A stretch of DNA of 64,000 bases, taken from the IMG/VR virus record IMGVR_UViG_3300010391_000120, positions 5,065-69,064 of that record; one strand, written 5' to 3'. The notes beneath the pieces were generated by a model. The model did not search any database, was not told where the DNA came from, and saw only the letters and a program-made list of their open reading frames with translations. Shown here one piece after another: positions 20,475 through 31,778 of this stretch (position 1 is its first letter; each line of letters opens with the position of its first letter). A program made the position numbers and the translations under genes. The stretch is from a virus.

Positions 20475-22076
20475 TTATCCATTCTGATCACCAGCCTCCA
20501 TTATTCTAAGAAATTCATCAATTTCAGCAGCTACCTCTCCGATAGCTTCGTGTGCAGGAACATAAGCATTTTCGGCAAATAAGTTTTGAGCTATATTAGC
20601 TTCGGCCACCACTGGTATATTTTCCACAGGTTCTGCAGCTTGGCCAAACAAGTGATCAAAGTGTTGAGCTAAGACTGCATCGTCAGCAGGTCGCCGTCTT
20701 TCATTTTCAATTTCACGCATAATTCCTTGAGCCCTATCCAATATACGATTATCATAATGAGCCTCGCCTTCCCCAACCCTACGATTTATTCCATCTTCGT
20801 CACGCAATCTTCGCATTGCTTCATTGGCATCTGCTCTGTGTTGATCCTGACGATGCATCTCAACTTCAACTCGGCCTATATTTTGGTTATTGTTAGGTTG
20901 AATACCATCATCAAGGTCAATAGCATTCTGTAAACGATTACCATAAACCACTCGGGCATCATCTACTCTAGCTTGAAATGCCGCGTATGCTTCTTGAGCA
21001 GGTTGTTGAAAAAGTTGATCTTCAGCAACTGCTTCTACAACTCCAGGCATCGGAATACCAGCATGTTGAATTGCCGGCGCCACTTCTGGGGCAGGAGGTA
21101 ATCCACGTATAAGCGGATCCCATTCTCTCCACTCCCCAGCAGGAGCGGGTCTCCCCCCTATTGCAACACCACGATTAAAATTTCTTCTGCGTGGCCTTGG
21201 TTCATCAACAGCATCCAGATGTTGAAGTGCTATAGGTTGTTCAACAAGTGCTGGTCTTATAGCTTGTTCATCTACTGGTCTATTGCGATTGACATAACCA
21301 TAACCCTCCCAATTACCATCAGTCTCTACTTCTGCCCTTACACACGGAACAAACAGAGGATCATGGTTAAATGGAACCTTCATCTTTTCACAACTCTTAT
21401 CATCTTCATCATAATCGCCTGACTTGGATTTTGCCCAACAATCCGAATTGTTAAGAGAATAGGCAAGAAATTTGGTTTGATCACTAGAAACAGTAAAACC
21501 ATTGCTCAAATACTTATGAAGATGCCTCATTAAAGATTTGTATTTAGAAATACTCCAAAATACAATTTGTTTCTTGGATAAATCATCTACAGAAGTTTTT
21601 CCTGTAAGAAAGTTTTTTCCATCCCAACCAAATTGGCACACGGTAAAATCAAAACTATTCAATAACTTGGCGAGTGAACTATAATGAGCCACGTTAATGA
21701 ATTGAATATCTACAGTCTTATTAAACTTTTTGCCTTCGTTTACATGATACTTGTAAAGCGTATTCCACTTCTTTTTAGTTTCGCTGATAACATTTTTAAC
21801 ATATGGAAAACTTCTCATTTTTATGGTAAGTTCCTCAAATTGCTTTTTGCTTTTAAAAAATACATCAATGTCGCATTTTTCCAGTGGTTCCTTATTAAAG
21901 GTTCTCCATAGAGAGCCCCCAGCAATCCACGGACCCCCCTCGCTTAAGGTTGGAAAATGATGAAGAACTCTAAATAAATCGGATTCCGCAATGTGCGGAT
22001 AATCCGTTAAGTTTATAGTAGCCATTGCTGGTTCTGGATCCTTCCAAGAAATACTTGTTGATATAGTATTACTCAT
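20475..22076 (-). CDS. Pol-beta superfamily nucleotidyltransferase (CCA/poly(A) polymerase head-like) with long disordered C-terminal tail
   Basis: WIAGGSL...DIDVFF and FDFTVCQFGWDG motifs; last ~300 aa low complexity. Confidence 0.75.
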   Translation of the reverse strand: MSNTISTSISWKDPEPAMATINLTDYPHIAESDLFRVLHHFPTLSEGGPWIAGGSLWRTFNKEPLEKCDIDVFFKSKKQFEELTIKMRSFPYVKNVISETKKKWNTLYKYHVNEGKKFNKTVDIQFINVAHYSSLAKLLNSFDFTVCQFGWDGKNFLTGKTSVDDLSKKQIVFWSISKYKSLMRHLHKYLSNGFTVSSDQTKFLAYSLNNSDCWAKSKSGDYDEDDKSCEKMKVPFNHDPLFVPCVRAEVETDGNWEGYGYVNRNRPVDEQAIRPALVEQPIALQHLDAVDEPRPRRRNFNRGVAIGGRPAPAGEWREWDPLIRGLPPAPEVAPAIQHAGIPMPGVVEAVAEDQLFQQPAQEAYAAFQARVDDARVVYGNRLQNAIDLDDGIQPNNNQNIGRVEVEMHRQDQHRADANEAMRRLRDEDGINRRVGEGEAHYDNRILDRAQGIMREIENERRRPADDAVLAQHFDHLFGQAAEPVENIPVVAEANIAQNLFAENAYVPAHEAIGEVAAEIDEFLRIMEAGDQNG

Positions 22077-22482
22077 TTGCGTTCTTTTTTTGATGTTTCT
22101 TATAATTTTCTAACAACTTTTTTATATTTTCAGCTCCTACTGGGTTCATGCTATGAACCTGATAATCGGGCAGTGGTAATTTCTTTCCTTTACAATATTC
22201 TATTAAATATAAAGCACAATGATAACCCGTTTTTTCCTCATATTTGTCATATGGTATCTTATCATATTTTGGCAGTGGTTCCTCTTGTTGTAAAGCTTCT
22301 AATATATCAAATATTGCGTAGTGTTCCGGCCCGAGATCATGATCAAAACTTATAAAATCAGGTAAACCACGTTCCTTTATAGTTTTTACAAACTCTTTAT
22401 AGTTCCTAACCACGGTCCATGTCCTAATATCTTTTAGAAAGGTATTAGGAACCCGGAAATCATCAAGAAATAGCGAATACAT
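22069..22482 (-). CDS. Cyclic-phosphate-processing receiver (cREC)-like domain protein
   Basis: LFLDD.R.P, ISFDHDLG, TGY.CA.YL, VHSMNPVGA.NI. Confidence 0.8.
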   Translation of the reverse strand: MYSLFLDDFRVPNTFLKDIRTWTVVRNYKEFVKTIKERGLPDFISFDHDLGPEHYAIFDILEALQQEEPLPKYDKIPYDKYEEKTGYHCALYLIEYCKGKKLPLPDYQVHSMNPVGAENIKKLLENYKKHQKKNANE

Positions 22483-23239
22483 AATGAAAATCTATTCCAT
22501 TTTTAAGTTTTCTATAAATTGTACCTCTATCTACATTTTTATCATCGGCAGCTTGTTGTATTGATTTCCATGTTTTAATAATATTTCCATTTTTATCAAA
22601 CTGAGCAATAGGTTTCCATCCTTTAGGAAGTTTTGACTTAAACTTATCTATATCCTCAACATAACACCATTGATAACCTTTTATATAATTTGTTTTTTTA
22701 CGGCAAGCCATAGAAATATTTTGTCTTGATATTCCCATAACATTTTCTACTTCTAAGCATGATCCAAATCTTTTGATTATATTTCCATCAATGTCTATCT
22801 GATAAACCGGTTTATATTGAGATTCGCTTATTTTTCGTTTGGTTTCTTTTGTTTGTTTATTCCCCCTGTGAGAACCGCTTAATCTTTTCAATGTCTCTTT
22901 TGAAGCTTTACATCCAAAACGGGGTAAATCTGCTATCGGAGACATATTATATCCATATTTTCTATTATAACTTTGATAACGATCCATCCAGCATTGCTCT
23001 CTATCTATCAAATGCGGTATATCAATAAACTCCAATACTTCAAATTCAAATACATCAATTCCATGTTTATTAAATGACGATTGTAAATGTTTGTTGGGGT
23101 GTTGATTTCTTCGCAAACGATTTCTATGAGCCTTCCATCGCTTCCTAATATTTACAGAACTTCCGACATATAATTTTTTATTTAACTTATTTGTAATTTT
23201 ATAGATTCCGCTTTTGTTTAATTCGCTTTTAGTTCTCAT
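22463..23239 (-). CDS. GIY-YIG homing endonuclease with NUMOD repeats
   Basis: SGIYKITN...YVGSS...RW..H...H.NKHLQ.SFNKHG; NUMOD3/NUMOD1-like C-terminus. Confidence 0.9.
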   Translation of the reverse strand: MRTKSELNKSGIYKITNKLNKKLYVGSSVNIRKRWKAHRNRLRRNQHPNKHLQSSFNKHGIDVFEFEVLEFIDIPHLIDREQCWMDRYQSYNRKYGYNMSPIADLPRFGCKASKETLKRLSGSHRGNKQTKETKRKISESQYKPVYQIDIDGNIIKRFGSCLEVENVMGISRQNISMACRKKTNYIKGYQWCYVEDIDKFKSKLPKGWKPIAQFDKNGNIIKTWKSIQQAADDKNVDRGTIYRKLKNGIDFHYVFAIS

Positions 23240-23581
23240 ATAGTATAACTATAGAGAACCGAATCTAAATCGAAACTATATTAACTAAAAATAAATTATA
23301 TGGCATCACCCTTTACTATAAGTGTAAAATCGTTCTGTGTCAAATTGTTTCTGGCTTCTTCTGCGGTTCCACCAAACTCATAGTAATCGGTGTCTGGCAC
23401 CCTTATAAACCCATCAGGTATAATGTCCTCGTGTCCTAATTCGTGTAAAGGCACTCCATCCATAACAAACTCATACCAACTAATGTCCTTACCATTATAG
23501 AATTGCTTTCGTGGATGAATAATAACATGAACAGAATCCGGGTCTGGAGCCGCATTCCAATATTCTAATTTAACTCCTATA

Positions 23582-24697
23582 CTCATATTATTCTACAATA
23601 GTTATTTTTGATCGCTTAAATTTTTCCCTTTCAATTTCATTTTTTATCAAAGCATTTCGCATTTCTACTGCCTTGTTATAATCAACCAAAGATGTATAAT
23701 CGGGCCAAAACCAACATCCATCATACCGATCTCCATCATACTGATCATACATCCAAAAAAATAAACACCACGTTCTAACACAATATTTATCGCCTTTTTT
23801 AATTATTTGTACTTTCATTTTCTTTTCTTTATTTTGCTTTCATAAACTCTACCACTTATATTATCTAAATTGATATAGTCATCGCAGTGTCGTTCCCACA
23901 ATTCTTTTTCTTTACTTTCGCGACTTCTTTCATGTAAAATTTGAGCAAATCCTAAAGAACCGCAACCAATATCGGTTCCTTTTTCTATTTCATCATCTAA
24001 TACCAACATCCATTCTACTTTTTTTGGAAAATATACCAATGCTTCCCCACCATTTGTGGTTTCTTTTATTATATAAACATTAGTGATAATGGCTCCATGT
24101 GAAATACATCCAATATCTTCATTTTTACCAACTTTATATCTTATTTTTCTCATATTATTCTACCCAAATAGTGTAGTCTTTACCATCAAACTCAAACCCT
24201 TCATCCTTTAGAAGTTTTATGGCGTCCTGTTTTGACTGGTCTCTACTTTCAGAGAAAACTTCTTCCTCAACACGATATGACTTTCCAGACTTACCTTTAA
24301 TGCCTATGCTTACCCTATATCTGTATTTCTTTTCCGCATCCTTCATTTATATTTCCCCTTTATTTTATAAGATAATTCAGATGCTTCACTGAAAAAATCT
24401 CCAATCTTATCAAATAACCAAAAGATAAACATTCCTGGCCAATTTAAAGGTATTAAAATCCAAGCGGTTATATATAACAATATTTTTCTCATATTATTCT
24501 ACGATAGTTATTTTTGATCGCTTAAAAATTTCATCTTTTATCAAATTATTCCGCATTTCTACTGCCTCGTTATAATCAATCCAAGATGTATAATCAGGCC
24601 AAAACCAACATCCATCATACTGTTCATACATCCAAAAAAATAAACACCACGTTCTAACACAATATTTATCGCCTTTTTTAATTATTTGTACTTTCAT
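23582..24697 (-). repeat. Near-identical duplicated small gene (23588..23818 and 24494..24697) with a thrice-repeated junction
   Basis: Both encode MKVQIIKKGDKYCVRTWCLFFWMY...KRSKITIVE; junction CTCATATTATTCTAC at ~23582, ~24149 and ~24488. Confidence 0.9.
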
Positions 24698-24701
24698 ATT
24701 T

Positions 24702-25350
24702 TTACTTATTGTTTTCTAACTGCTGAGTTTGTGTTGGAGTATTAACCGGAAAACTAAAATATGTTTCCGGAGTTGTATTATTACAAAAAAATACCCACAC
24801 CAAACATATTAAAAATAACATTATAGGAAAAACACAAACTTTACGCCACTCACCTGGTCCGGCGTCCAGTGAATAGTTAGAAGATATAAATAATGCCACC
24901 AATGATGCTATAAACATCGCAACAAATAAAAATATCTTAAGCGTTAACAAAATAGAAAGTAATAATGACATAATTTTATTGATTACCCAATTTTTTCTTT
25001 CAATTTGTTTTATTGCTTCTTCTGATGCTGCCATGATAACATACTCTTTTAAAGTATTCAAATCCTTTTCAGTTGTGTTGGATTTAACTTCTGCTGATTT
25101 TACTACATCAGCAATCTTTTTGATTGAAGCAACACCATTTACTTTGAGTGTTTGAGCATCACTAATATATCGTTTCAATACTGGTGTAAGATCATTAGCC
25201 TTTACAATAGAAACTGGAACAGACCCTAATTTATAGGACATTCCACCTTGAGTTGAGACAAAGATTTGTCCATCTATTTGTTTAGAACAACCACACAAGA
25301 AAAGGGCGATTGCTATGAATAATGTTGATACTATTATGTTTTTTTTTCAT
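24702..25350 (-). CDS. Putative lipoprotein/membrane protein; signal peptide out of frame at an A9 run
   Basis: Removing one A after ATG (25350) gives MKKNIIVSTLFIAIALFLCGCSKQ, in frame with 24702..25298. Confidence 0.55.
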
Positions 25351-25432
25351 TTTGTTTGTTTATGTTTTAACCGAAATTGTAGGGGTGCTTACCACCCGAA
25401 AAGAAGAAGAGCCCCCTTGACAGGTGGAACGC

Positions 25433-27329
25433 TTATAATCCTGTCTTTTCTGCGGGAAATTCTTCCTCATATGGAATTGGTATATCCATTGGATTAGGCT
25501 CCCAGACAGCCTCTATTTTAATTGCCGGCGTATCTATAAGAGACTTTCGGTGTCTTTCCCACCATGACCGAGACTTTAATTGTCCATCCACCAATGTTCT
25601 GCTCCACTTCTTATGGCATAAAACATCTACGCAGACTAATAATTCATTGGGTTTCGTTACCAAAATATATCAATGTTGAGTGGTTGACCATCGAAGCGTA
25701 TTCGGAAATCCTCGTTTACTCCGAAACCATTTTGCTTTAATATAGCAGTTATTTCAAGGAATTGATCGGGACTTAGAAAAAAGGTTCCGGTGTTATAACC
25801 ACCTAGACTAGTGGCATATACTTTTCCTTGAACATTAGCCACTTTCTTTCCACTTCTAGCCATAGTTCTTATAGTTTCTTCAACTGAACGGAGCATTTCA
25901 TCTCTCCAATCTTGAGGAAATGGTATTTCTACATTATTTACTAGTTCTCTGGCTTGATCAACGGTTATCATAGATAAATAAAAACTCCTTATGTCTCAAT
26001 GTAAGAAGTATAACACACTTTTTATATCTGTCAAGTCCCCTCATCTTCATCCAAATGATCAAGGGGGTAATATGGTTCTATTTCTTTTGGTTCGTCACTC
26101 TGTTGATTAATAATATCATTTACTAATTGTACTCTTTGCTGAGGGTCATAGCCGCCGACAAGATCGGGGGTGGAGCAAGTTTCCTTGGCAATGTCAATCA
26201 ACATTAGTAATTGTTTTTCAGATATTTTCATTAAATCCAATCAATTTCCATTGTAGCGCATTCTCCCAGTGGGGTTGCTTTTTTATGCCCTTCATCCCTA
26301 TAGATTAAAGTACGCTTCATAAAAACACGTTTTTCTAGTGGAATAGTTTCTAATCTTGGTCTAGCAATCATATAACCCCAATCTTCTCCATCACTTCCTC
26401 TATAATGAACATACAATTCCTTTTCAGGATTAAGAGATTGTAATTCTTTTATCCAATCTTTGACTTTCATAATTAAAATGGATTTGACCAACCTTGTTGC
26501 TCAAAGATTACTCTTGATATGTAATCAGCATCACCCTTTAGAATAAGAAATGGTATCTTGTGCTTATGAAGCAAATAAGTAGATGACTCTCTTAAGTCAT
26601 ATAATATAACATCTGTTTTACCATTGAATGCCTTCACTTCACTGATACAAACAGCCGACCTATAACTGATATTATAAGCCTTTAACTTTTCCTTTAAGGC
26701 TGGTTTCACCCAGCCATCAAGTAATAGAATTGTCGTTGGTTTTTTCATTTGGAAATTGCTTTTCTATTGGCGAAAGTGCCACATTATTATAAAATGTAGT
26801 AGCAATATCACTTACAAATCTCCTAATCTCAATGGTAATCAAATCCTTTAACAGATTTTCATAGGCAGGTTTAGTTTCGGTACTATAACCCATTCCTTCC
26901 AATATTTTTATAATTTTATCAGCACTCTGATAACATTTTTCTGATACTTCTTTATTCATATATCGTAAAATACAATTTTTCTTTCTTTTTCCAATTTCAT
27001 TACTCTGAATGCTTTTCTGGCAGATCTTAATAAGCGAGAACCGCTATCTCTAATAATTTTAATGTCTGGATGGATTTTCCATTTATCTTTCATAATTGAT
27101 TTATTAAATCTCCTTCCCAGCCGTCTGGTTCATCAAGCTTTTTGATATACTTTTCTACAATATCATCTGGGTATATTCCACAATCTTCAGCAAGACCAAG
27201 AAACATTCCATCAAGCCCATTGACAGGACCTTCTCGTTCCCTTCTACGCATTTCTTTTAGTATTTCCTTGCGGAAAGGTCTTAATTTTTCGTGGTAATTT
27301 ATTCTATCCATCATACCACGATGATTCAC
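25433..27329 (-). other. Run of short, tightly packed hypothetical ORFs (69-104 aa)
   Basis: Co-oriented overlapping ORFs typical of phage early accessory regions. Confidence 0.6.
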
Positions 27330-27603
27330 ACAAGGTAGCGTTATCAGAAGGTAATTTCAATTTATTTAATTTCTCTTTGACGCTTTCCTTGAATTGTAAT
27401 CCGGTTTCATCATCCTTGATGCTTGAATAACTTCTACCTATTGCTATAGTATCCCAAGGTGTCCATTTAACCTCAAGCCCTTCCTCTTTTGCTTTTCTTT
27501 CTAATTCGTTAATATCTTCATAATCACTAGTATTCAGACTAATACCGAATATACAAAATGAAGATGAACTACTATTACTTACAAATCCTTCTCTTATTTT
27601 CAT
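27304..27603 (-). CDS. Member of the jumbo-phage 'MKIRxGFVSNSSSSSF' protein family
   Basis: N-terminus MKIREGFVSNSSSSSFCI. Confidence 0.7.
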   Translation of the reverse strand: MKIREGFVSNSSSSSFCIFGISLNTSDYEDINELERKAKEEGLEVKWTPWDTIAIGRSYSSIKDDETGLQFKESVKEKLNKLKLPSDNATLCESSWYDG

Positions 27604-27604
27604 A

Positions 27605-28267
27605 TTATCTCATTACACCATTTACTAAATCTTGTAATAAACTTGTCAATGCTTTATATACTTCTACTGTCTTTTCAGTATCCACCTTAGCATCGTGCAT
27701 TTCATTTTCATCAAATGGTATACCAAAATATTTAACTAATGATTCCAGACTACAGGATAGATTTGATGGTAATATACCACCATCTACAAGAAAACCAGCA
27801 GAAGCTTGAGTATCTCTTAGCCTGTGAGAAACAAACTTTTCCCAGGAGCCACGACAAAGTAGAAATTGAACAACCTTATCTCTATCACCCTTTACATTGT
27901 GGCCTAATAGATAGGCCTTTGTCTTACCATCGGAAGTTATCTTTGATAACCACTTGTATAACATTGTGCCTGCATCCCTGTATATGATAGCTTTGGTATC
28001 GTGAACCTTCAAGTCAATACGATTGACATTTAGGGCTTCGCCACAAACACGATAAATACCATCGTCTGGCTTTAGAAGAAGATAGAGATCATCTATCTTG
28101 TTAAACTTTTCATCTAGGGCAAGGAAATAGGCCGATAACAGGCTGTAATCAGTTCCAATTCCACCGGTTTCTACATCAAGTGCGATAAACATAGGACTAC
28201 CATAACACCATCTAAGGGTTTTGTCAAATAGATTTTTTATAGAGAGAGCTGCTCTATTTAGAGTCAT
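27605..28267 (-). CDS. DEDDh 3'-5' exonuclease (DnaQ/RNase T-like)
   Basis: ALDVETGG, AL.VNRID, GHNV.GD, DT, HDA..D motifs. Confidence 0.9.
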   Translation of the reverse strand: MTLNRAALSIKNLFDKTLRWCYGSPMFIALDVETGGIGTDYSLLSAYFLALDEKFNKIDDLYLLLKPDDGIYRVCGEALNVNRIDLKVHDTKAIIYRDAGTMLYKWLSKITSDGKTKAYLLGHNVKGDRDKVVQFLLCRGSWEKFVSHRLRDTQASAGFLVDGGILPSNLSCSLESLVKYFGIPFDENEMHDAKVDTEKTVEVYKALTSLLQDLVNGVMR

Positions 28268-28712
28268 GCATTAAAATCTCTCCTAATAATTCGCCATATA
28301 ATGGCTCGTCTGCCCAAAGTCCCGCCTAAATCTGCTTATACCAACTATAATTCCAAGTGGACACAAAAGGAAATGAGAAAGAAAAATGAATATCATTTCC
28401 CAGAAGCCAAGACCCCAGATATGGTTGGTCATGCGGGTCGCGTATATAGCCCAGATGAAAGCGGTTGACCAGTATAGAAAAGCCATATTATTTTATAAAA
28501 TTATAATAAACCAAAGAGCAAGTAAACACGAACATATACAAAATGGAATGAGAGACCATGAGTTAGTGAATGGAAGAAGAAATCCACTAACTATTGCTCC
28601 ACAAGCCAATATTTTTGCTACTCCAATTTTTGCTTCATCACTCATATTATTTATATTTTGACAAATTGTGATTATACGCTTACATTTAGTATGTGGATTT
28701 ATATTTATTTAT

Positions 28713-29336
28713 ATGACTAAAACATGTACAAAATGCAATCAAGAGAAACTGGTTAATGAGTTTAGTAAAGTTAAACAAAAGAGTGATGGTTTGTCCTCTC
28801 ATTGTAGAGAATGTTGTAAACTCAAGTTTAACAAATGGCTGCCTAAAAATAAAAATCATATTAAAGAATACCACAAAAAATACGTCATAGAGAATAAACA
28901 AAAAATAAGAGAATACAGAATTAAAACAAAACAACATCGTGCGTTATATATGCGTGAGTGGAGAGAAAAAAACAAATATCATATTGGAAATTATAAAAAA
29001 GAATATCATAAAAACGTAAATAGTAAAAATATAAATTATAAAATAATACACGCTTTGCGAAATAGATTAAGACAAGCATTAAAAACAAATGTAAAATGCG
29101 ATAATACTAAAAAATTAGTCGGTTGTAGCATAGAGTTTCTTAAAAATTATTTAGAAAAACAATTTAATAATAGTATGACTTGGGATAATTATGGTAGAAA
29201 AGGATGGCATATAGACCATATCAAACCTTGTGCTTCTTTTGATTTGTCTCAAGTAGATGATCAAAGAAAATGTTTTCATTATACTAATTTACAGCCTTTA
29301 TGGTGGTTAGATAATTGTATTAAAAATAAATATTAG
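28713..29336 (+). CDS. HNH-type homing endonuclease with N-terminal Zn finger
   Basis: KTCTKC...C.EC; LVGCS...LEKQF...MTWDNYG..WHIDHIKPCASFDL...CFHYTNLQPLW..DN..K. Confidence 0.85.
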   Translation: MTKTCTKCNQEKLVNEFSKVKQKSDGLSSHCRECCKLKFNKWLPKNKNHIKEYHKKYVIENKQKIREYRIKTKQHRALYMREWREKNKYHIGNYKKEYHKNVNSKNINYKIIHALRNRLRQALKTNVKCDNTKKLVGCSIEFLKNYLEKQFNNSMTWDNYGRKGWHIDHIKPCASFDLSQVDDQRKCFHYTNLQPLWWLDNCIKNKY

Positions 29337-30475
29337 CGATCTCCTTTCATACAATTCTTAATATCTATTCTTGGATAGTTGGGATTCCCCAAACCTGTTA
29401 TGCCATTATATAAAAATGTTATTTTTCATCCCACCCAATTTTCTGGATGTTTAAGAATATCTATTTTTTGATCTTCCGGTCCTCTAAATGTAGCATCAAA
29501 TTCACGACCATCTTCCATTTTTAACGTGGCAGTAGCCGCAAAATTAGAAGCATTACCATTACCTTTATGTATTGTGATAACTGTGGCTTCTGCATCTTCC
29601 TCAGGCTTAATTTTAATCAAATCGTTTGTTCTCTTATGTTGATATGGGGCATTCCAATTACGAACTATTGCGCCCTCATATCCCTCTCTTACATATTCAT
29701 CATAGATTTCATACACTTCTTTTAAGGAATGCGCCGTTTTGAACGGGACCGCTACTGTATAAGGTATATCTTTTAATAAAGCATTTAATGCTAATCTTCT
29801 GTGCCAACATCCGGTTTCTTCCTCGGTTGTCTCAAACCCATAACAATCATAAACATATAATCTAACTATTTTTTCAGATTTTTCTAACAATTTATCTGTA
29901 ATATTTACAGATGTTCTCAAAATGGACATCAATTCGTTTAATTCATATCTATATAAATGATTGTATCCTTCCGAATCAATCACCAAATCTGGATATTTCT
30001 CAAAAAGTGGTTCTAATGATTTAACAATATGTGGTATAGTTAAATATTTTTCTCCTTTTCTCGTAAAGGCTCCGTTTCTGGTAAAAATAACTCGACCGCC
30101 ATTATATTTTCGGTCAACCATACACGGAAACTTAACATGCTTTGTTCTATCGTGTTTGGAGTTTACCAACGGATAAGCAAGCATTGGCTCAACAAACTTT
30201 ACTTTGTTAATATCCTTAATGTTTTTCCAATAACCACCACTTTTCTGCTTCTTTTCCCATCTTGATTTGGCTTCTGAATAAGCCTGCTCCTCTGGTGTAG
30301 TTTCGTTGGCTCTGCCAAGATTTTTGCCTTCGCAGACTGTCCACTCACTGGTAACATGACCAAATCCCTGAGATCCAGTTATAGTCCGAAAGCGGTTTCC
30401 TACAACCTGCATTTCATACTCAAGAACTTTGCCGTTATTTCCTAAACCGTATAAGATTTCTAATGGTTTATTCAT
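29333..30475 (-). CDS. ATP-dependent DNA ligase, with in-frame TGA at 29426-29428
   Basis: PMLA, RKYNGGR (adenylated Lys), IDSEGY, YVYD, GYEGAIVR, KRT.DLIKIK; frame continues past TGA as KITFLYNGITGLGNPNYPRIDIKNCMKGDR (motif VI region). Confidence 0.9.
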
Positions 30476-30479
30476 TATA

Positions 30480-31753
30480 CTAATAAGTCATTTCCTTACC
30501 TTCAAACTCTTTCAGCACTTCTGGCAGTTTTTCGGTGGTTTTCTTCTTAATTGATTTTTTCTTTACTGCCTTTTTGACTTTTGGGACTGCTAGCTTTAGA
30601 AATGCCTTATCCTCTTCACGATTATAGTCATAGTATCCATTATAGAACCAATTATAAAAATCATCTTCTATAGTTAAGACCTTGGCATAATCATATGCAT
30701 AAGGTTCATACATTGCTGGATGAGTATCAATCACTTTTCTATATGGGCAGTTAAAAACTTCTCCCTGCCTTGCTAATTCTTGGCCCTGATCATAGACCTG
30801 GGTAAACAATTCTATATACTGTCCGTTTTTCGATGGGTTATACATAAATTATTGATTATTTCTTATTCCAAGGGCTGCAAATCTATCTCTTAAAAGAGGT
30901 CCTGCTACTTCTTGTGCTTCCTCATTTTGCCATTCTATTCTATCTTTATATGGTTTCCAATCAATCGTTTGTTGTAAATAATGCCACGGAATATCATCCC
31001 GCCATTCTCCTTGAACTTCAATCATATCTAAATCAAGTTCAATCAAATAAAGATTGGTATGCTTTCCAATTCTACCAGCAAATCTTTCATTTTCTCTTAT
31101 TCTATCAAATGGAATGTAAGTCCAAGTAGTAAGAGGTCCCTTAAGTGGATTACAGCGCCCTACATAACGACAATATAAATCCTCTTGAACAAATCCTAAA
31201 GTAGTATTCTTTAGCCCAGAATTTCTAGCAACATATTTCCATAGCAAATGATGGTCGATTTTTTGGAATCCACCAATTTTTTCAAAATCAATATCGTGAA
31301 TATGGTTTGTGCGAAATTCCCCAAAACAAATACTGTATTCTAAACTATAAATGTCCCATCCTTTAGAAAAACATTCTAATAAATGAAAGAGAGGATAGTT
31401 GAATGGTTTCGTTGTGAAAACATTTGTGGCAGGAAAATCCCTGTATTTTTGAAGTAAAGCAGTTGCTTCGGCTCTGTTCATAGCATTCTAAATAATTTAG
31501 TTCTGGTAGAACGACAATAACTCCATGTATCAGTAAATCTTCTTAAATGGCATCGAGGCGATAACCACGAAACAGTTTTAAGTTCCAGTGGACTATAACA
31601 TTCTCGGCATTTTATTTTCCATGTAAAATAGAAATCGCCTGTCTCCTTACACTTTTCTTCGTAGTCTAATGACTGGCTTATCCATAGACAAGTCAAGTAA
31701 ATGGCCCGAAGAAAAGGAAACGGTGTTAAATATGAACCTTTGAAATCTCCCAT
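30480..31753 (-). other. Three hypothetical ORFs (30480..30845, 30849..31481, 31478..31753)
   Basis: Co-oriented and downstream of the promoter at 31763-31790. Confidence 0.55.
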
Positions 31754-31778
31754 CTTGAACTTATTATATCACAGACTT

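Noticed and set aside
20475-22076. CBASS CD-NTase
   Set aside because: Motifs (AGG, DID, FDFT) fit CCA/poly(A)-polymerase-head-like enzymes, and no effector or Cap genes are adjacent
28668-30475. Group I intron interrupting the ligase
   Set aside because: The endonuclease is on the opposite strand, beyond the ligase end, and the ligase frame continues directly past the TGA
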